From positions 3,598,001-3,662,000 of the forward strand of contig CM075994.1 of assembly GCA_038087875.1 (NCBI GenBank): DNA of 64,000 nt, given 5' to 3'. Made by a program: the position numbers and the translations under genes. The DNA comes from Malacoraja senta. Lineage: Eukaryota. Of this stretch, positions 38,186 to 53,224 are shown one piece after another (position 1 is the first letter of the stretch; each line of letters starts with the position of its first letter). Under the pieces are notes generated by a model, which saw only the letters and a list, made by a program, of their open reading frames with translations, had not been told where the DNA came from and ran no database searches.

Positions 38186-38811
38186 GCCAATTTCCTTCGC
38201 TCTATAGATGCTGCCTCACCCGCTGAGTTTCTCCAGCATTTTTGTCTACCTTCGATTGACATGAGAATGTCTCAGTATTTATATTGTTCACTGTCTTTGT
38301 TTTTGTACTAGTTTGGTGTTGGTTACCGAATAGAATCGGCAAATACGTCACGGGGCTATAAATTATGAATTAACGATGGGCGAATTAAATGTGCTTATGT
38401 AACAGTAGAACGGCTTTTTCAAAGTGGTTGGATTTAACAGAGACAAAGTAATCGATTAAATAAAAGGTCACAAAGTGCTGGAGTAACTCAGCGGGTCAGG
38501 CAGCATCTCTGGAGAACATGGTAAGTGACTTTTCGTGTCGAGACTTTCCAGAGATGCTGCCTGGCCCACTGAATTACTTCAGAAATGTGTGTCCTTTTGT
38601 GTAAACTCGCATCTGCGTTTCTACATTGATTAATCCTTGACTATATTGCCCATAGTTAACAAAGTCTAATAAAGGACCTCGATCCGAAATGATGTCCGTC
38701 TATTCCCTCTCCAGATGCTGTCTAATCCACGGAGTTCCTCTGGCACTTTGTGTTTTGCTATGCAGTAATTAATATTTGGGCGTTTTAGGTACTTCTGCTG
38801 TGTGTGTGGTT

Positions 38812-38845
<34 letters not shown>

Positions 38846-39551
38846 CACAAACGTTACTGTGGCTCTAATGGACAATGGGTAAGAAAATGCGATTGAAAGA
38901 AAGGGGGAGAGACTGGAAATTGACAGTGGTGGCTCATTTTCCTCTTCCAATGTGGCCGCTCGAGAGACATGGTAACCGGATAAATCACATGGCCATTCTG
39001 TGACAAATCAGAATTAGTTTGAGAGGAAAGGGCTGCCGACAGAAAATCTGCAGTCAGCACATTTAAGATACACTGAATTTCGGTTAAAATGTATCATCTT
39101 GCTGAAAAGATTCCAGTTTCCACGTCGATTTTTTTTACTGTCAAGTTTCAAATTTAACACAGTAAACAACTCCAATGTTGAATTAATTTCGAAAATTTTG
39201 ACATCATTTACCCAATGGAATTCAGACATTAGCTGCCAATATTTTTGGAAAATTCTTCACAGGTAGGCTTACTTATTACTTTATCGAAGTAGCGTTCTTC
39301 AATTTTAAGCGTAATAAGTAGATATTATATCCAATGGAGTACTGGAGTATTTTAAAGGTATCTAAACAAAATCCCAAGCGGTTTGTTGACACTTCTGCAC
39401 CTATGTGCAGTTCTATTTATTCCCAAATCGGCGCACCTTGTGTCAAAATCATGAGAGCCACCGTTTACGGGTTAATTGACCGCTGTCCATTGGTTGTGAA
39501 GCCTAGCGCTAAGGTCCAAGTGCAATTGAGCGGACGTTGTGAGTGATGCAG

Positions 39552-39869
<318 letters not shown>

Positions 39870-40194
39870 CGGTTCAGAGCCTACGACGTCTGAGTGTTCA
39901 ACACATAACTCCGTGAAGCCACTGAGGCAAAGACCCACTTGTTGATGTGCTCTGTAGATCGCGCCGACGCTTGGATTAAAACAAAAGAGTTTGAGGGCTC
40001 CAAGAAGGCGTAAAGGAATCGTTTAAAATAAGGTCAGTTATTCCATGTAACACTAGCTTGTATTTTGCGCGAGGTTTACAGCGAACGCAACTCTTTCCCT
40101 TTTGTAACATAAAATTGAAACATCACTTCCTATAATTTGACCTTGGCATTTCTGTGCTGGGAATGCTACTGATAGAAGTTGCAAACGGGTTGAC

Positions 40195-40380
40195 TGGGCC
40201 AATTGCAGACTTATCCACTGGCAAAGATTCCACGACCTATCAGCATTACGTCACGGGCCTGTCAGCGTGGTATAAATAGATTGGGTGTGTTTCGTTTACT
40301 GATGAAGCGAGTTTGGAACGGATCTGTTCAAGAAATACCATTATTTTGTTGTCGCTAATTCAGTTGGCGATCCAAGTAAT
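40195..40380 (+). promoter_or_regulatory. Candidate CCAAT-CRE-TATA Pol II promoter with a possible non-coding first exon
   Basis: CCAAT 40199, TTACGTCA 40246-40253, TATAAATA 40271-40278, possible donor AA|GTAAT at 40376; apparently unique sequence. Confidence 0.35.
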
Positions 40381-40839
40381 AGAAAATGATCACCTTGTCT
40401 CGTCAGATAATTGTCTAAAAGAATATACCAGCGACATCTAAATGCGTTTTACATTTTTATATTGAAAATATAAAAGGGTGTGAAGGAGGGTTCTGAACGT
40501 CATCTATCCCCATGAGGTGTTAGTGAAGCACACTGACGTCCCATTGCCTCATATAAACCTATGAATGCAATCCTTATTTCATTCATGGACGCATGTAGCT
40601 TCTTGGTAAACGCATTGATATTATTCAACTCAACTGCGCACACGCAGATTTACATTTTTTGGACCATTTTTCGCTGAATCATTGCAGATGATCAGAATGG
40701 CTCTAAATTGGTCCTGGTTCTGGAGTCTTTTCATCTTATCGCGTATCTATACGATCCGGTGATGCAGTCTCACCTCCTGACTTACACCAGCCGTTCGTGT
40801 AAACCAGCACCTGCAGTTTATTCACGCACAAATAATAAT

Positions 40840-41770
40840 TGTGTTCGGAATGGGGACGTCAGGAGACTCCGCGCCAATTTTCATTGGTACTTCCGTGCTG
40901 GAGAGCGTTAACAGCTTCAGATCCATTTGTGTTAACATATCAGATGTAATGTTCTGGTCTCGGCACATAGATAGTATCAAAAGAAGGCGCGCTGATGTCT
41001 TCATTTTCGTAGAGGTTGCAAGAGATTCAACATGTCACCGAATATTCCAACAAACGTCGACAGATGCACTTTAAAATCGATTCTGACTGAGCGGGTCATA
41101 GAAAGCAAGTTCATACATGATAGGAGTAGCATTCGGCCGTTCGGCCTATCAAGTCTACTCCGCCATTCAATCATTCCCTATGATTCTCCTCAACCCCATT
41201 CTCCTGCCTTCTCCCCATAACGCCTGACACCCGTAATAATCACTAATCTATCAATCTCTGCCTTACAAATATCCCGCAAGAGACTGCAGAGAGTGGTGGA
41301 CTCGGTTCAGTCCATTACAGGCACCCCCCCCCTCACATTAAAAGCATCTACAAGAGGCGCAAAGCCACAAGAAGGTGATATCTATCATCAAAGACTCTCG
41401 CCACATGCGACTTGCAATCTTCTCGCTACTACCATCGGCCAGGGAATATATGTTGCAATCTCACACCGCCAGTTTCTGGAACAGCTACTTTACTACCAAC
41501 ATCAGACTCTTGAATTGACCTGCTCAACCATAATCCTACCTTGACAATGGAACACAACTAACCACTTCTTGCACCACCATGGCCTTGTTTATCTGATTGT
41601 GCTTTGCACTAATGACTTGTTTTTGCAGTCCTTTTCCTTTCACTGGTCTTTATAAGCTACCTATAATGTAAATTTCAAGTGTTGCATGAGTGTATTTGCT
41701 TCTAGGAGCAATATTTCCATTGTACCTGTACCTCACGGTAATGACAATGAACTCAACTTCGCTTAACTTG
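40840..41770 (+). mobile_element. Decayed Rex1/Babar LINE 3' fragment, with a small CR1 tail inserted at about 41095-41270
   Basis: APIFIGTSVLESVNSFRSICVNISD..FWSRHI; CTTGA-like tail. Confidence 0.7.
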
Positions 41771-42613
41771 ATTAGGTGTGGGATGATCATTTCAGGGATA
41801 CTTCAGGGATAAATGCAGCAGGAACAGCAGATAGAACAGCAAAGACCGGATAAATCTCCCAACACCTTATTTATCCACTTGTCACATCCTTCAAACCCTA
41901 TTTAATGATAATGTCACCACGTTTTACTCACCTTGATGCATAATGATCAATATATCTTCAGTCGTTAAGTTATATCTCGAAGTGTTAAACCCCACTGGTC
42001 AACTCTTATTTGAGCTGCTGCATTTTCTGTGTTTATTTTTCATTTTCTTCTGCGGTGTCTAGTTTTCATTTGAGATGCAGTGAGCATTCATTAACCCATT
42101 AGCTAATAAATAGGGCAGATGCATTTACCTTTCATGCTCTAATTGGATCGTCCAGAACCGCATGGCGTCGTCTCAGAGGAAGTGATTCGATCATTTGAAA
42201 CAGCCATACAGAGAAATTCTTCAATGTCAAAGTCTGAAATCATTGAATATATTAAATCATAAAATGTATAGATTTATTCATTTATAGTATAAATCTATAG
42301 ATGTATGATATAATTGTATAGATCTTAGGGGTGAATGAAGCGCATGATTAGTTCTGATAATGAGTGGTGGAACATCTCAAATGGACATATAGCGTTCTGC
42401 TCTTTTCTAATTACTTATAGATTCCGCGGATGAACAATCGCATACCATCTGTGTTTTAGTGTGAAGACTTTACGTCTGCTTTAAATCCTCCCCAAATAAA
42501 CAGCAAGAGTGAAATAAGAGACTGCGGGAGTCGGAGTCTTGATAAAAAAACAGAAAACACACCAAACATATCTATCAGTAATAGTGATGTCATTCAATGA
42601 GGCTCCTGCACAA

Positions 42614-43830
42614 AGAGGGAGTACAGAGAAGGTTCGCCAGACTGATTCCTCTCAGCACTTTCTTATGAAGAAAGACTGGATAGACTCGGCTTGTACTCGC
42701 TAGAATTTAGAAGATTGAGGAGGGATCTTACAGAAACGTATACAATTCTTAAGGGGTTGGACAGGCTAGATGCAGGAAGATTGTTCCCGATGTTGGGGAA
42801 GTCCAGAACAAGGGGTCACAGTTTAAGGATAAAGGGGAAATATTTTAGGACTGAGATGAGAAAAACATTTTTTACACAGAGAGTGGTGAATCTCTGGAAT
42901 TCTCTGCCACAGAATGTAGTTGAGGCCAGTTCATTGGTATATTTAAGAGGGAGTTAGGTGTGGCCCTTGTGGCTAAAGGGATCAGGGGGTATGGAGAGAA
43001 AGCAGGTACACGATACTGAGTTGGATGATCAGCCATGATCATATTGAATGGCGGTGCAGGCTCGAAGGGCCGAATGGCCTACTCCTGCACCTATTTTCTA
43101 TGTTTCTATTAGGAAAAGGGGAAGTACAACGAGATCTGTGGGTCCTTGTACATCAGTCACTGAAAGTAAGCATGCAGGTACAGCAGGCAGTGAAGAAATC
43201 TAATGGCATGTTGGCCTTCATAACAAGAAGAGTTGAGAATAGGAGCAAAGAGGTCGTTCTTCTGTTGTACAGGGCACTGGTGAGAGCACACCTGGAGTAT
43301 TGTGTGCAGTTTTGGTCTCCAAATTTGAGGAAGGACATTCTTGCTATTGAGGGAGTGCATCGTAGGTTCATGAGGTTAATTCCCGGGATGACTGGACTGG
43401 CGTATGTTGAAAGAATATAATGATAGGGCTTGTATGCAATGGAATTTAGAAGGATAAGAGGGGGTCTTATTGAAACATATAAGGCTAATAAGGGATTAGA
43501 ATCCAAAGAGGCTGGAAGCATGTTCTCGATGTTGGGGGAGTGCAGATCAGGGGTTACAGTTTAAGAATAAGGGGTAGGTCATTTAGGACGGAGATGAGGA
43601 AAAATGTTTTCAACCAGAGAGTTGTGAATATGTGGAATTCTCTGCCTCAGAAGGCAGTGGAGGCCGATTATCTGGATGCTTTCGAGAGAGAGTTAATATA
43701 GGTCTTAAAGATAGCGAAGGGATATGGGGAGAAGGCAGAAACGGGTTACTGAATGTGGATGATCAGACATGATCACAGTGAATGGCGGTGCTGGCTCGAT
43801 GGGCCGAATGGCCTACTCCTGCACCTATTA
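42614..43830 (+). mobile_element. Two tandem CR1/HER1 3' fragments
   Basis: YSLEFRRLRRDL...WNSLP, then a second copy QVQQAVKK...HLEYCVQFWSP. Confidence 0.9.
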
Positions 43831-44934
43831 TCTATTGGCTATTGTTTATTGTCTATTATTTATTTCATTTCAGAACGAAAGCGAAAGTGAAGACAAAATA
43901 TGTCGGGTGACTATTTTGACGTTGCGGTGTGACTCAGCAGCACGCTTGGAAATTATTTTACCCCTAAATAATCATTGTTCAGAATACGAATATATATGAA
44001 ACAATATTTGTGGGGAAACTCTTCATACATTCTCAGTGTCTATACGTTCAACAGTGACATATTCAGTCGTGTTCGCACCTATCTTCAGTCAAAATATCCT
44101 TGCTACTCATGTACCCCCTGAGGTGATGTCCCTTGTTTGAAAATAACCATACCAGGCACCACCCCTCAATGTCCAGCAGCGGAAGGACCCTGGACCATGG
44201 TCCACCCCTGCGGAGCCTTGGCGTTGACTGCATCCTGCTGCATGGATGATCAGATTCCTGGCTCAATATATCGGCCTTGGAGAGAGGATATAAACTGCGT
44301 GAATGCAGGCTGCTTCACGCAGAGATCCACCTATGATTTAGATATTAAAGGATAGTCGGGAGTTCGCAAGCAGAATACCCATATTATTGAATACCCATAA
44401 ATGGAGTGTGTAGATGGCAGTGAAATAATACGATTAAATTATCAGACACAAATAAATTATTTTCTAATTTATTTCACATATTAATCAATTAACGAGGCGC
44501 ATGGCAAGTGACGACCTTCTAATTGTGCTAGATTAAAGATTTACAAGCTTCTGAAATCTTCTTTTTATTCCATGACAGACCAATCGCTTCGCGTGGAGTT
44601 GGGTAATGTATGAATTTGTCCTCTTCAGCAAACTGGGAATAATTTGCTACAGGATTTTCTGTAGAGCGAGTGATGCTGTTTGTCGTTCATTCAACAGACA
44701 ACATCGAATAATCCATCTTCATAACTGTATTTACCCAAGTAAAGAAATATCTAATGGGACACTTAAAAAATTCACATATTTCTGTAAGTTTGAGAAAATT
44801 CAGAAAAAACTTACAGGACACGGAACGTTCGTGGCTGGGAGAACGAACACAAATTCACGTCAATGATATTCATCATGAAGTGATGAAAGAATATATCTTT
44901 CAGAAAGAATATATCTATATTCCTACTGTCGTTG

Positions 44935-45272
44935 TAAAGGGACCTGGTGAGACCACACCTGACGTATTGTGTGCAGTTTTGTTCTCCTAATTTGAGGAAG
45001 GACATTCTTGCCATTGAGAGAGTGCAGTGTGGGATCACCAGGTTAATTCCCGGGATGGCGGCACTGACATCTGATGGAAGAAAGGATGGAGTAGGTTTAT
45101 ATTCACTCGAATTTAGAAGGATGAGAGCGGATCTTATAGAAGCACATAACATTCTTAAGGGATTGGACAAGCTAAATGCAGGAAAAATGTTCCGATGTTG
45201 CGGAGTCCAGAACCATGGGTCACAGTTTAACAATAAGGTGTAAGCTATTTAGGACTGAGATGAGGTCAAAAG
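44935..45272 (+). mobile_element. CR1 fragment (resumes at 52941-53178 after the Gypsy insertion)
   Basis: RPHLTYCVQFCSPNLRKDILAIE; continues as ccagagagttgtg at 52941. Confidence 0.88.
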
Positions 45273-45274
45273 TT

Positions 45275-45471
45275 TGCCGTTGGGCTCTGTTGTTAGAATA
45301 ACAACTCACGCACAGTGATTAAGATCCAAAGACTTTTATTAGCATTACAGCATAGGTAACTTCATCTTAACACATAACTCTAGACTGGGGAAGAAAGGGA
45401 AGAGAGGCTTTCTATTAAACTAGTGGGCGGAGCCATAGCATGACTCATAACACCAGTGACACTGATTTACA
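45275..45471 (-). repeat. Gypsy 3' LTR
   Basis: Aligns to 52742-52940; adjacent to the PPT. Confidence 0.9.
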
Positions 45472-47716
45472 TCCTCCCTCTTAAAGAATTAAATGTCAGT
45501 ACAAAACCATTGACTAAATAAAGCATTATTGGCAATTGATAATAAGCTGGAGGAAAGTCAAACATAGCCCGGGTACTTCACGGTGGGCTTGCAAACACGA
45601 CCAGCACGTGTGCGATATAAACCATCTCCGTTTCTCGCCACCAGGTGCAGAGTCGGTGGCAAGACTGGGGTCGGAGATTGAAACAGCATTCCCGGTGATG
45701 AAACAGAGGACTTTGGCACAGGCGGAGGAGGCGTCGCCATTGGCAGATCAGCCGTTTCAGAAGTGGCTTGTTGTGCTGGTACAGGCGGACCGATGCCGCT
45801 GGACGTGGACGGAAGCAAACATGTACGGACTGGATAATACGGAGGTGGAGCCGGCTCATTCACAGACAGGATATGTTGTATGTTACGTCTGTAGGTGCCA
45901 TCATCAGCACTGACCAAATATGAGCGTGTCTCAGAGGCAGTTCCAGAAATTACACCGATACAGTCATGACCTTTGTCAGTTTGCAAACGAACCACCTGCC
46001 CTTGGTTAATGGTGGCAACGGCCAGCTTGCTTTGTCATACCACTGTTTTTGAATGTCACGCTTTTGCTGCAGACTGGACTGGACTTCCGATGGTGGGACC
46101 ACCTGTGGGATCAATGCCTGATCAACCACAAGCACCGTGGCTCGGGTCTGCCTTGACAATAAGCGTTGAGCAGGTGAACCCAAGATGGGGTCGCGGGAGA
46201 TGTTGCGTAGGTTGAGCAGGTCCAGATACACGTCGGAATTAGCTCTATGGGATCGTTCCATGAGCGTGTTTGGCACTTTTGACAGCCCGTTCATCTAGTC
46301 CATTCGACTGTGGATATTCAGGGATGCTGGTGATGTGGCAAAAAAACCCAGCGTGCAGCAAACTCCATGAAGTGTTGGCTGGGAAATTAACTGCCGTTAC
46401 CAAATAGCAGTATGCAAGGAGCTCCGTGGTCTGCAAAATGGCGAGAGAGTTTTAAAACTACCTCGCGAGAAGTGGGGCTGCTTAGAAAATCGATATCAAA
46501 CCAGCCAGAATACGAGTCGACAAGTACCAGGTACTGCTTGCAATACCACTCATATATGCCAGTTGCCACTGTAGACCACGGAAGGGCAGGAGCCGGATGT
46601 GAGAGAAGTGGTTGCTTTTGTTGATGAGGTGCCAAGCTATTACACACTGCACAGGATGTCACCTCTCGAGGATGTATTCAGCCATATCAGGCCACTAAAA
46701 CATGTATTTCGCTCGTAATACAGTGGCTTCAGCGCCTGGGTGCCCTGCATGGACAGCGTTGAAATGCTTGTTGTGCAGCGAAGCAGGGACTACAGCCTTA
46801 TGGCCTTTTACGATAAAGCCATCCTGCAGCACTAGCTCATCGCGGACTGCAAAGAAGGGCTGAACTTGCAGCGGTACATTGTAGTGTTTGTCTGGCCAGC
46901 CGCACTTAATGACGGAGGTGAGCGACCGTAAGGTACTGTCAGCAGCAGTGTGGGCAAGCAGGTCCTCCACACAGGTCCAGGGAATAAAAGACACAGTCAT
47001 TATGATAAAGTCGTCATCCGGTGACCCCGGGCTCGCGCAGGTCTTTCGGGATGCACGCGAGAGGGTGTCAGCCAGGTGCATGTCCTTATCACGTTTGCAG
47101 GTCAGGACAATGTCATATTTTTGAAGTTGCAGCAACATCCATTGAAGGCGTCCTGGAGAGGCATGAATCGGTTTGTTAAAGATGCTGACCAAGGTTGGTG
47201 GTCAGTTTCAATCGTGACCGTATGTACAAAGATAAAGTCGTTAAATTTCTTGCAGGTGAAAACGACCGCTAGCAGCTCTTTTTCAATTTGGGCATAGCGT
47301 TGTTCTGTGTATGTCTTAGTGCGCGAGGCAAAGGCAAAAGGTTTGTTGCTGCTACCGCCATTTTTAAGACATGCTGCGCCAAGTCCGTGTTGTGAAGCGT
47401 CACAAGTCAGTGTGACCGGTCGTTTAGGATCAAAATAGGCGAGAGTAGGAGCACAAGACATCTGCTGCGTAAGAGTGTCGAACGCCCTCTGCTGTTGTTC
47501 GTGCCAGGCCCAAGCAATGTATTTGAGGGTAACCTGGCTCAGCGGGGCTGAAATTTCACTGAAGTCTGGAATAGATTTACTCAGGTAGATAACCAGGCTA
47601 AGGAATATCTGCAGACTGAGCACGTCTGTGGGTGCTGGGAGCTAGTTGATGGCACTGGTTTTCGCCGGATCCGTTATTAGCCCGTCCTTAGAGAACACAT
47701 GACATATGTATTTCAC

Positions 47717-50690
47717 CTAGAAACATAGAAACATAGAAACATAGAAAATAGGTGCAGGAGGAGGCCATTCGGCCCTTCGAGCCAGCACCGCCATTCATTG
47801 TGATCATGGCTGATCGTCCCCAATCAATAACCCGTGCCTGCCTTCTCCCCATAACCCCTAGAGCTCTATCGAACTCTCTCTTAAATCCATCCAGTGACTT
47901 GGCCTCCACTGCCCTCCGTGGCAGGGAATTCCACAAATTTACAACTCTCTGTGTGAAAAAGTTTTTTCTCACCTCAGTCTTACATGGCTTCCCCTTTATT
48001 CTAAGAATGTGGCTCGGTTCTGGACTCGCCCAACATTGGGAACATTTTTCTTGCATCTAGCTTGTTCAGTCCTTTTATAATTTTATATGTTTCTATAAGA
48101 TCCCCCCTCGTCCTTCTAAACTCCAGTGATTACAAACCAAGTCTTTTCAATCTTTCCTCATATGCTTCAATCACAGGGATATCCTTCCTCAAATTATGAG
48201 ACCCAAACTGTACACAATACTCCAGATGTGGTCTTACCAGAGCCTTATACAACTGCAGGATAACCTCTTTACTGCTATACTGAAATCCTCTTGTTATGAA
48301 GGCCAACATTCCATTAGTTTTCTTCACTGCCTGCTGTAACTGCACGCCAACTTTCCGTGACGTGTGTACACGGACGCCCAGGTCTCGCTGCATCTCCCCC
48401 TTACCTAACCTAACACCATTGAGATAATAATCTACCACCTTGTTTTTGCCAAAGTGGATAACCTCACATTTATCTATATTATACTGCATCTACCACGCAT
48501 CTGCCCGCTCACTCAACCTGTCCAGGTCACCCTGCAACCTCCTAACATCCGCTTCACAGTTCACACTGCCACCCAGCTTTGTGTCATCCGCAAACTTGCA
48601 GGTGTTGCTCTTAACAACGAGGCTTGCGGCACTCCACTCGCCACTACCTGCCATTCTGAACATGACCCGTTCACTCCTACTCTTTGCTTCCTGTCTGCCA
48701 ACCAATTTTCTATCCATGTCAACACCCTACCCCCAATACCATGTGCTCTAATTTTAGTCATCAGTCTCCCGTGCGGGACTTTATCAAAGGCTTTCTGAAA
48801 GTCTATATACACTATATTCACTGGCACACCTTCATCCATTTTACTTGTCACATTCTCAAAAAAATCCAGAAGATCAGTCAAGCATGATTTCCCTTTCGTA
48901 AATTCATGTTGACTTGGACTAATCATTTTACTGCTATTCAAATACCCCATTACTACCTCTTTAATAATTGACACCAGCATCTTTCCCACCACCGAAGTCA
49001 GGCTAACTGGTCTATAATTCCCTATTTTCTCTCTCGCTCCTTTCTTGAAAAGTGGGATAACATTAGCTATCCTCCAATCCACAGGAACTGATCCTGAATC
49101 CATTGAACATTGGAAAATGATCACCGATGCGTCCACTATTTCCAGAGCCACCTGCCTGAGGACCACCTGCCTGCAGACCATCAGGCCCAGGGGATTTATC
49201 ATCCTTCAGTCCTATTAGCCTACCCAATACTATTTATCGCATAATGAAAATTTCTTTCAGTTCCTCTGCCCCCTTGGATCCTCTGTCCTCCAGTACATCT
49301 GGGAGATTGTTTGTCTTCAGAAGACAGATCCGAGGTGCCTGTTCAACTCTTCTGCCATTTCCTTGTTACCCATAATAGTTTCACCCGTGTCTGCCTTCAA
49401 GGGACCCACATTTTACTTTGATATTCTTTTTCCCTTAACATATATAAATAAGCTTTTACTTCCTTCTTTATATTCCTGGCCAGCTTCCCTTCGTACTTCT
49501 TCTTTTCAGCCCGTACTGCCCGTTTTGTTTCCTTCCGTGGCCCTATGAAAATTTCCCAATCCTCTGGCTTCCGGCTACTCTTTGCTGTGTTATACATCTT
49601 TTCTTTTAGTTTTATTCTATCCCTAACGTCTCTTGCCAGCCACGGTTGCCTCCTACTCCCCTTAGAATCTTTCTTCCTTTTTCGAATGAAATGATCCTGC
49701 GTCTTCCGGATTATGCCCAGAAATTCCTGCCATTGCTGTTCCATCGTCATTCCTGCTAGCATACCTTTCTATTCTACCTTGGCCTGCTCCTCTCTCATGC
49801 CTTCATAGTCCCCTTTGTTGAACTGCATCGCTGACACTTCCGCTTTAACCTTCTCCTTCTCAAATTGCAGATTAAAACTAAACATATTATGATCACTACC
49901 TCCAAGCGGTTCCTTTACCTCGAGTTCTCTTATCATATCTTGTTCATTGGACAACACTAAATCCAGAATTGCCTTTTCTTTGGTCGGCTCCATTACAAGC
50001 TGCTCTAAGAATGCATCTCGGAGGCATTCTACAAACTGTCTTGCTAGGGGTCCTGAACCAACCTGATTTCCCCAGTCTACCTGCATATTGAAATCCCCCA
50101 TCACCACAGTGGCATTACCTTTGTTACCTTTGTTACATGCCAGTTTTAACTCCTGCTGCAACTTACACCCTACATTCGGGCTACTATTTGGGGGATAGTA
50201 GATAACACCAATTAGTGTCTTATTGCCTTTACAATTCCTCAACTCAATCCACGGTGACTACCTCGTCAGTCCTATGTCTTCCCTCGCAAGGGACTGAATT
50301 CCATCCCTCACCAGCAGAGTACCCCCCTCTTCTGTCCACCTGCCTGTCCTTTCAACAGGATGTATAACCCTGAATATTAAGTTCCCAGGCCCGATCCTCC
50401 TGCAGCCACGTCTCAGCAATCCCCACAATGCCATATCAACCAACCTCTAACTGAGCCTCAAGCTCATATACGTTACCTCTTATACTTCGCGCATTCATAT
50501 ACAATATTTTTAATTCCGTAGGCATCTCACCTTTCACATCGATCCCTGTTACGTTTGGGCATACTCCCTTATCCCTTTGTGAGCTTTCTTTCCCGTTAAT
50601 TCTGCGGTCATTAACTATCCCTTTACTCTCTTTCCCTTTAACTCCTTGACTATCCCATTTGACACCCCACCCCTTTATTCAGTTTGAACC
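47717..50690 (-). mobile_element. CR1/HER1 LINE of about 3 kb inserted in the Gypsy RT
   Basis: APE (MGDFN, SDH), RT (NYRPVSLTS, DFQKAFDKV, FADDTK), (TTCTATGT)n tail at 47717-47745. Confidence 0.94.
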
Positions 50691-52741
50691 CTCACCCTGA
50701 ATTTGCATTTTTGAGGGGTTAGCTTGAGGTTGATGGCATTGGCGCGATCCAGGACCTTTGTCAGATTAGCATCGTGTTTTTCGATAGTTCGTCCAGCAAC
50801 GAGGATCTCATCCACTACAATGGAGCATGGGTAACTTGCAAACAATTGCTCCATAGCTCGTTGATATACTTCACTAGCAGAGGTTATGCCAAAAGTCATG
50901 CGAATAAATCTGTATCGCCAGAACTGTGTGCTGAACATAATTTAGAGGGGTTGCGTTCCAGCGGAATCTGCCAGAATGAATGTTTGGCATCTAGTACTGT
51001 AAATACAGTTGCTTCAGATAGCTGCGCTGCAATCTCATCCGCAGTGCGCATGGGATAATTAGGTCGTTTAATGGCTGGTTTTTAAGTCCTTGGGATTGAT
51101 GCAAATCCGTATTTCGTCCTGATTTCGTCCTTTGTTGCCACCACCATGGTCGAGACCCAATCCGAGGGGTGAGCGACGGGGGAAATTACACCTAAAGACA
51201 ACTTTCACCTGAGTTCACTTTGAACACGGTCCCGCATGGCATGGGGAATCCGGTGTGCTGGACGGACAACTGGAAGTACCTCAGGGTCGATCGTAATTGT
51301 GTACTTAACAGGGAACCTGCCCAGCTTGTCGTCAAACAAAGGTTTGTATTGTGTCAGGATTTGTTGAGTAAAGTCACAGGTTATCGTCAGATGACAAACA
51401 GAAGGACTGAAAGAGACAAGCCCCAGGTCATGACAAGCATTGACACCCAGCAGGGACGGCACATTCTCACGAACAATATAGAAACTCAGGTTGTGGACAT
51501 GTGAGTTAAGACAGCCGCGTAACTCGACGAACGATAGAGTGCACTGGACCTCCTGCAAATGGGAGAAGGATGGCAGCCGTAGGAGTGATAGTCTCTGTGT
51601 TTCGTATATTTTTCAACTCAGATAAACACATCACGTTACACCTGCCTCCAGTATCAACTTTCAGAAAAAAATTCTTGCCATTAACGAGCAAAGCGACCTT
51701 GGGATCTTGATGCTTGTGCGGTAAATCAGACAGGGAGTGAACATCCAAATCAAAATAACGTTAGCAGCCTCCAAATCCGTGAAAGCTGTTTGAGAGCGTT
51801 CCGAGAGCAGGTTCTCAAGGTCGAGTGAATTAACAGATTGTCTTGTTTGAACTCTATTGCTACGCGGGCGGCAGCATTTGAAGAAGTGGTTCATTTTGTT
51901 ACAGAAACGACAACATTTTCCATACGCAGGGCAATGGTCACGAACTGCAACATGCGAACCCCCACAGTTAAATCAATTGTCTATGAATTTAACGTTACAG
52001 CTGTCGGGCACTTGAGAATGGCGAGAGGTTTGATAAGATGTGCAGGCAACATTAATGTTGTGAGCAGAGTGGGGTCATGTCCTAAAACATTTCCATGAGC
52101 ATCAGCCATTTCAGCAACGCGGCAGCGGTTTTCAGCAGTCTCTCGAGTAAGCTCAGTATCTCGCAGTAATTCGTCCCGTAATTTATCATTGCGGACAACA
52201 TAGACCGGACGGTCACGCACTAAGCTGTTACATAAATCCCCAAAACGCACCGACTGGCAATATGCTTCAAACCACTAAAATACGTTTCACCAGGATCGCC
52301 ATGTCTCTAGCTTCGTGAAAAAAACAAGTGCCTCTCCGTGATTAGATTGGTTCTTAACTCACACAAATGTCTAAATTTGCGTAGCAAGCAGTCGGGTCGG
52401 GGCCCCGGATAGATTCAGCTGGAGCGATCTGGACACCAGCCAGGTCAATCCTAGCTGGTTCATCATGAAATCTTCTGGCACGCCGAGCAGCTTCTGTGCC
52501 TGCTAGATTAAAGAGGGCTGAGGCACGTACACCTGGAGCAGCAGCCGGGTGAGCCTCGTCTATGTAAATGGTGAAATCTTCTTCAAATATGCGCCACCGT
52601 TCTGCGAGGTCTTCGTCAAACACCAGGATCCCTGGTTTTCAGAGAGCAGAAGCCATGGTATAACATATATCGGAGAAAATAACAAACTAAAATAAAAGCG
52701 AGATAATTAGGCAAGGAGTGAGTCCGAGTTTTCTGACACGA

Positions 52742-52940
52742 TGTGGTTGGGCTCTGTTGTTGGAATAACTTAACTCACGCACAGTGATTAAGATCCAAAG
52801 ACTTCTATTTATCATTACAGCATAAGTAACTTCATTTTAGCACATAACTCTAGACTGGGGAAGAAAGGGAAGAGATGCTTTCTATTAAACAAGTGGGCGG
52901 AGCTACAGTATGACTACAGTATGAGTGAGACTGATCTACA
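52742..52940 (-). repeat. Gypsy 5' LTR
   Basis: TG...CA termini; adjacent to the PBS-like sequence. Confidence 0.9.
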
Positions 52941-53224
52941 CCAGAGAGTTGTGATTCTGTGGATTCTCTGCCACAGAAGGCAGTGGAGGTCTATTCAGCG
53001 GGTGCATTCAAGAGAGAGTTAGATATAGCTCGTAGGGCGAACGGAACCAAGGGATATGGGGAGAAAGCGGGAAGGGGTTATTGATTTAGAATGATCCGGC
53101 ATGATCATATTGAAAGTTGGTGATGGCTTGATGGGTGAATGGCCTACACTTGCACCTAGTTTCTATGTTTCTATGTCTACATGGGCTGCATACTTCCAAC
53201 ACAGCTCAAAATGAGGTTTTCTAT

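Larger units (their letters stand above)
45275..52940 (-). mobile_element. Full-length but decayed Gypsy LTR retrotransposon
   Basis: Two LTRs of about 200 bp; PBS-like T(C)GTGTCAGAA at 52730-52741; PPT at 45472-45485; gag (RWRIFEEDF), PR (KVDTGGRCNV), RT (FGITSASEVYQ), RH (TCDASQHGLGA, YAQIEKE), IN (VDSYSGW, PQSNG). Confidence 0.94.

Noticed and set aside
39478..39500. REST/RE1-like CGCTGTCCATTGGTTGTGAA
   Set aside because: Only one half-site matches; the spacing and second half-site deviate
40299..40320. CTGATGA as another hammerhead core
   Set aside because: No stem II-GAAA-UH context follows
43860..44870. Short ORFs and acceptor-like sites as exons downstream of the CRE-TATA module
   Set aside because: No recognisable protein similarity in the frames I read
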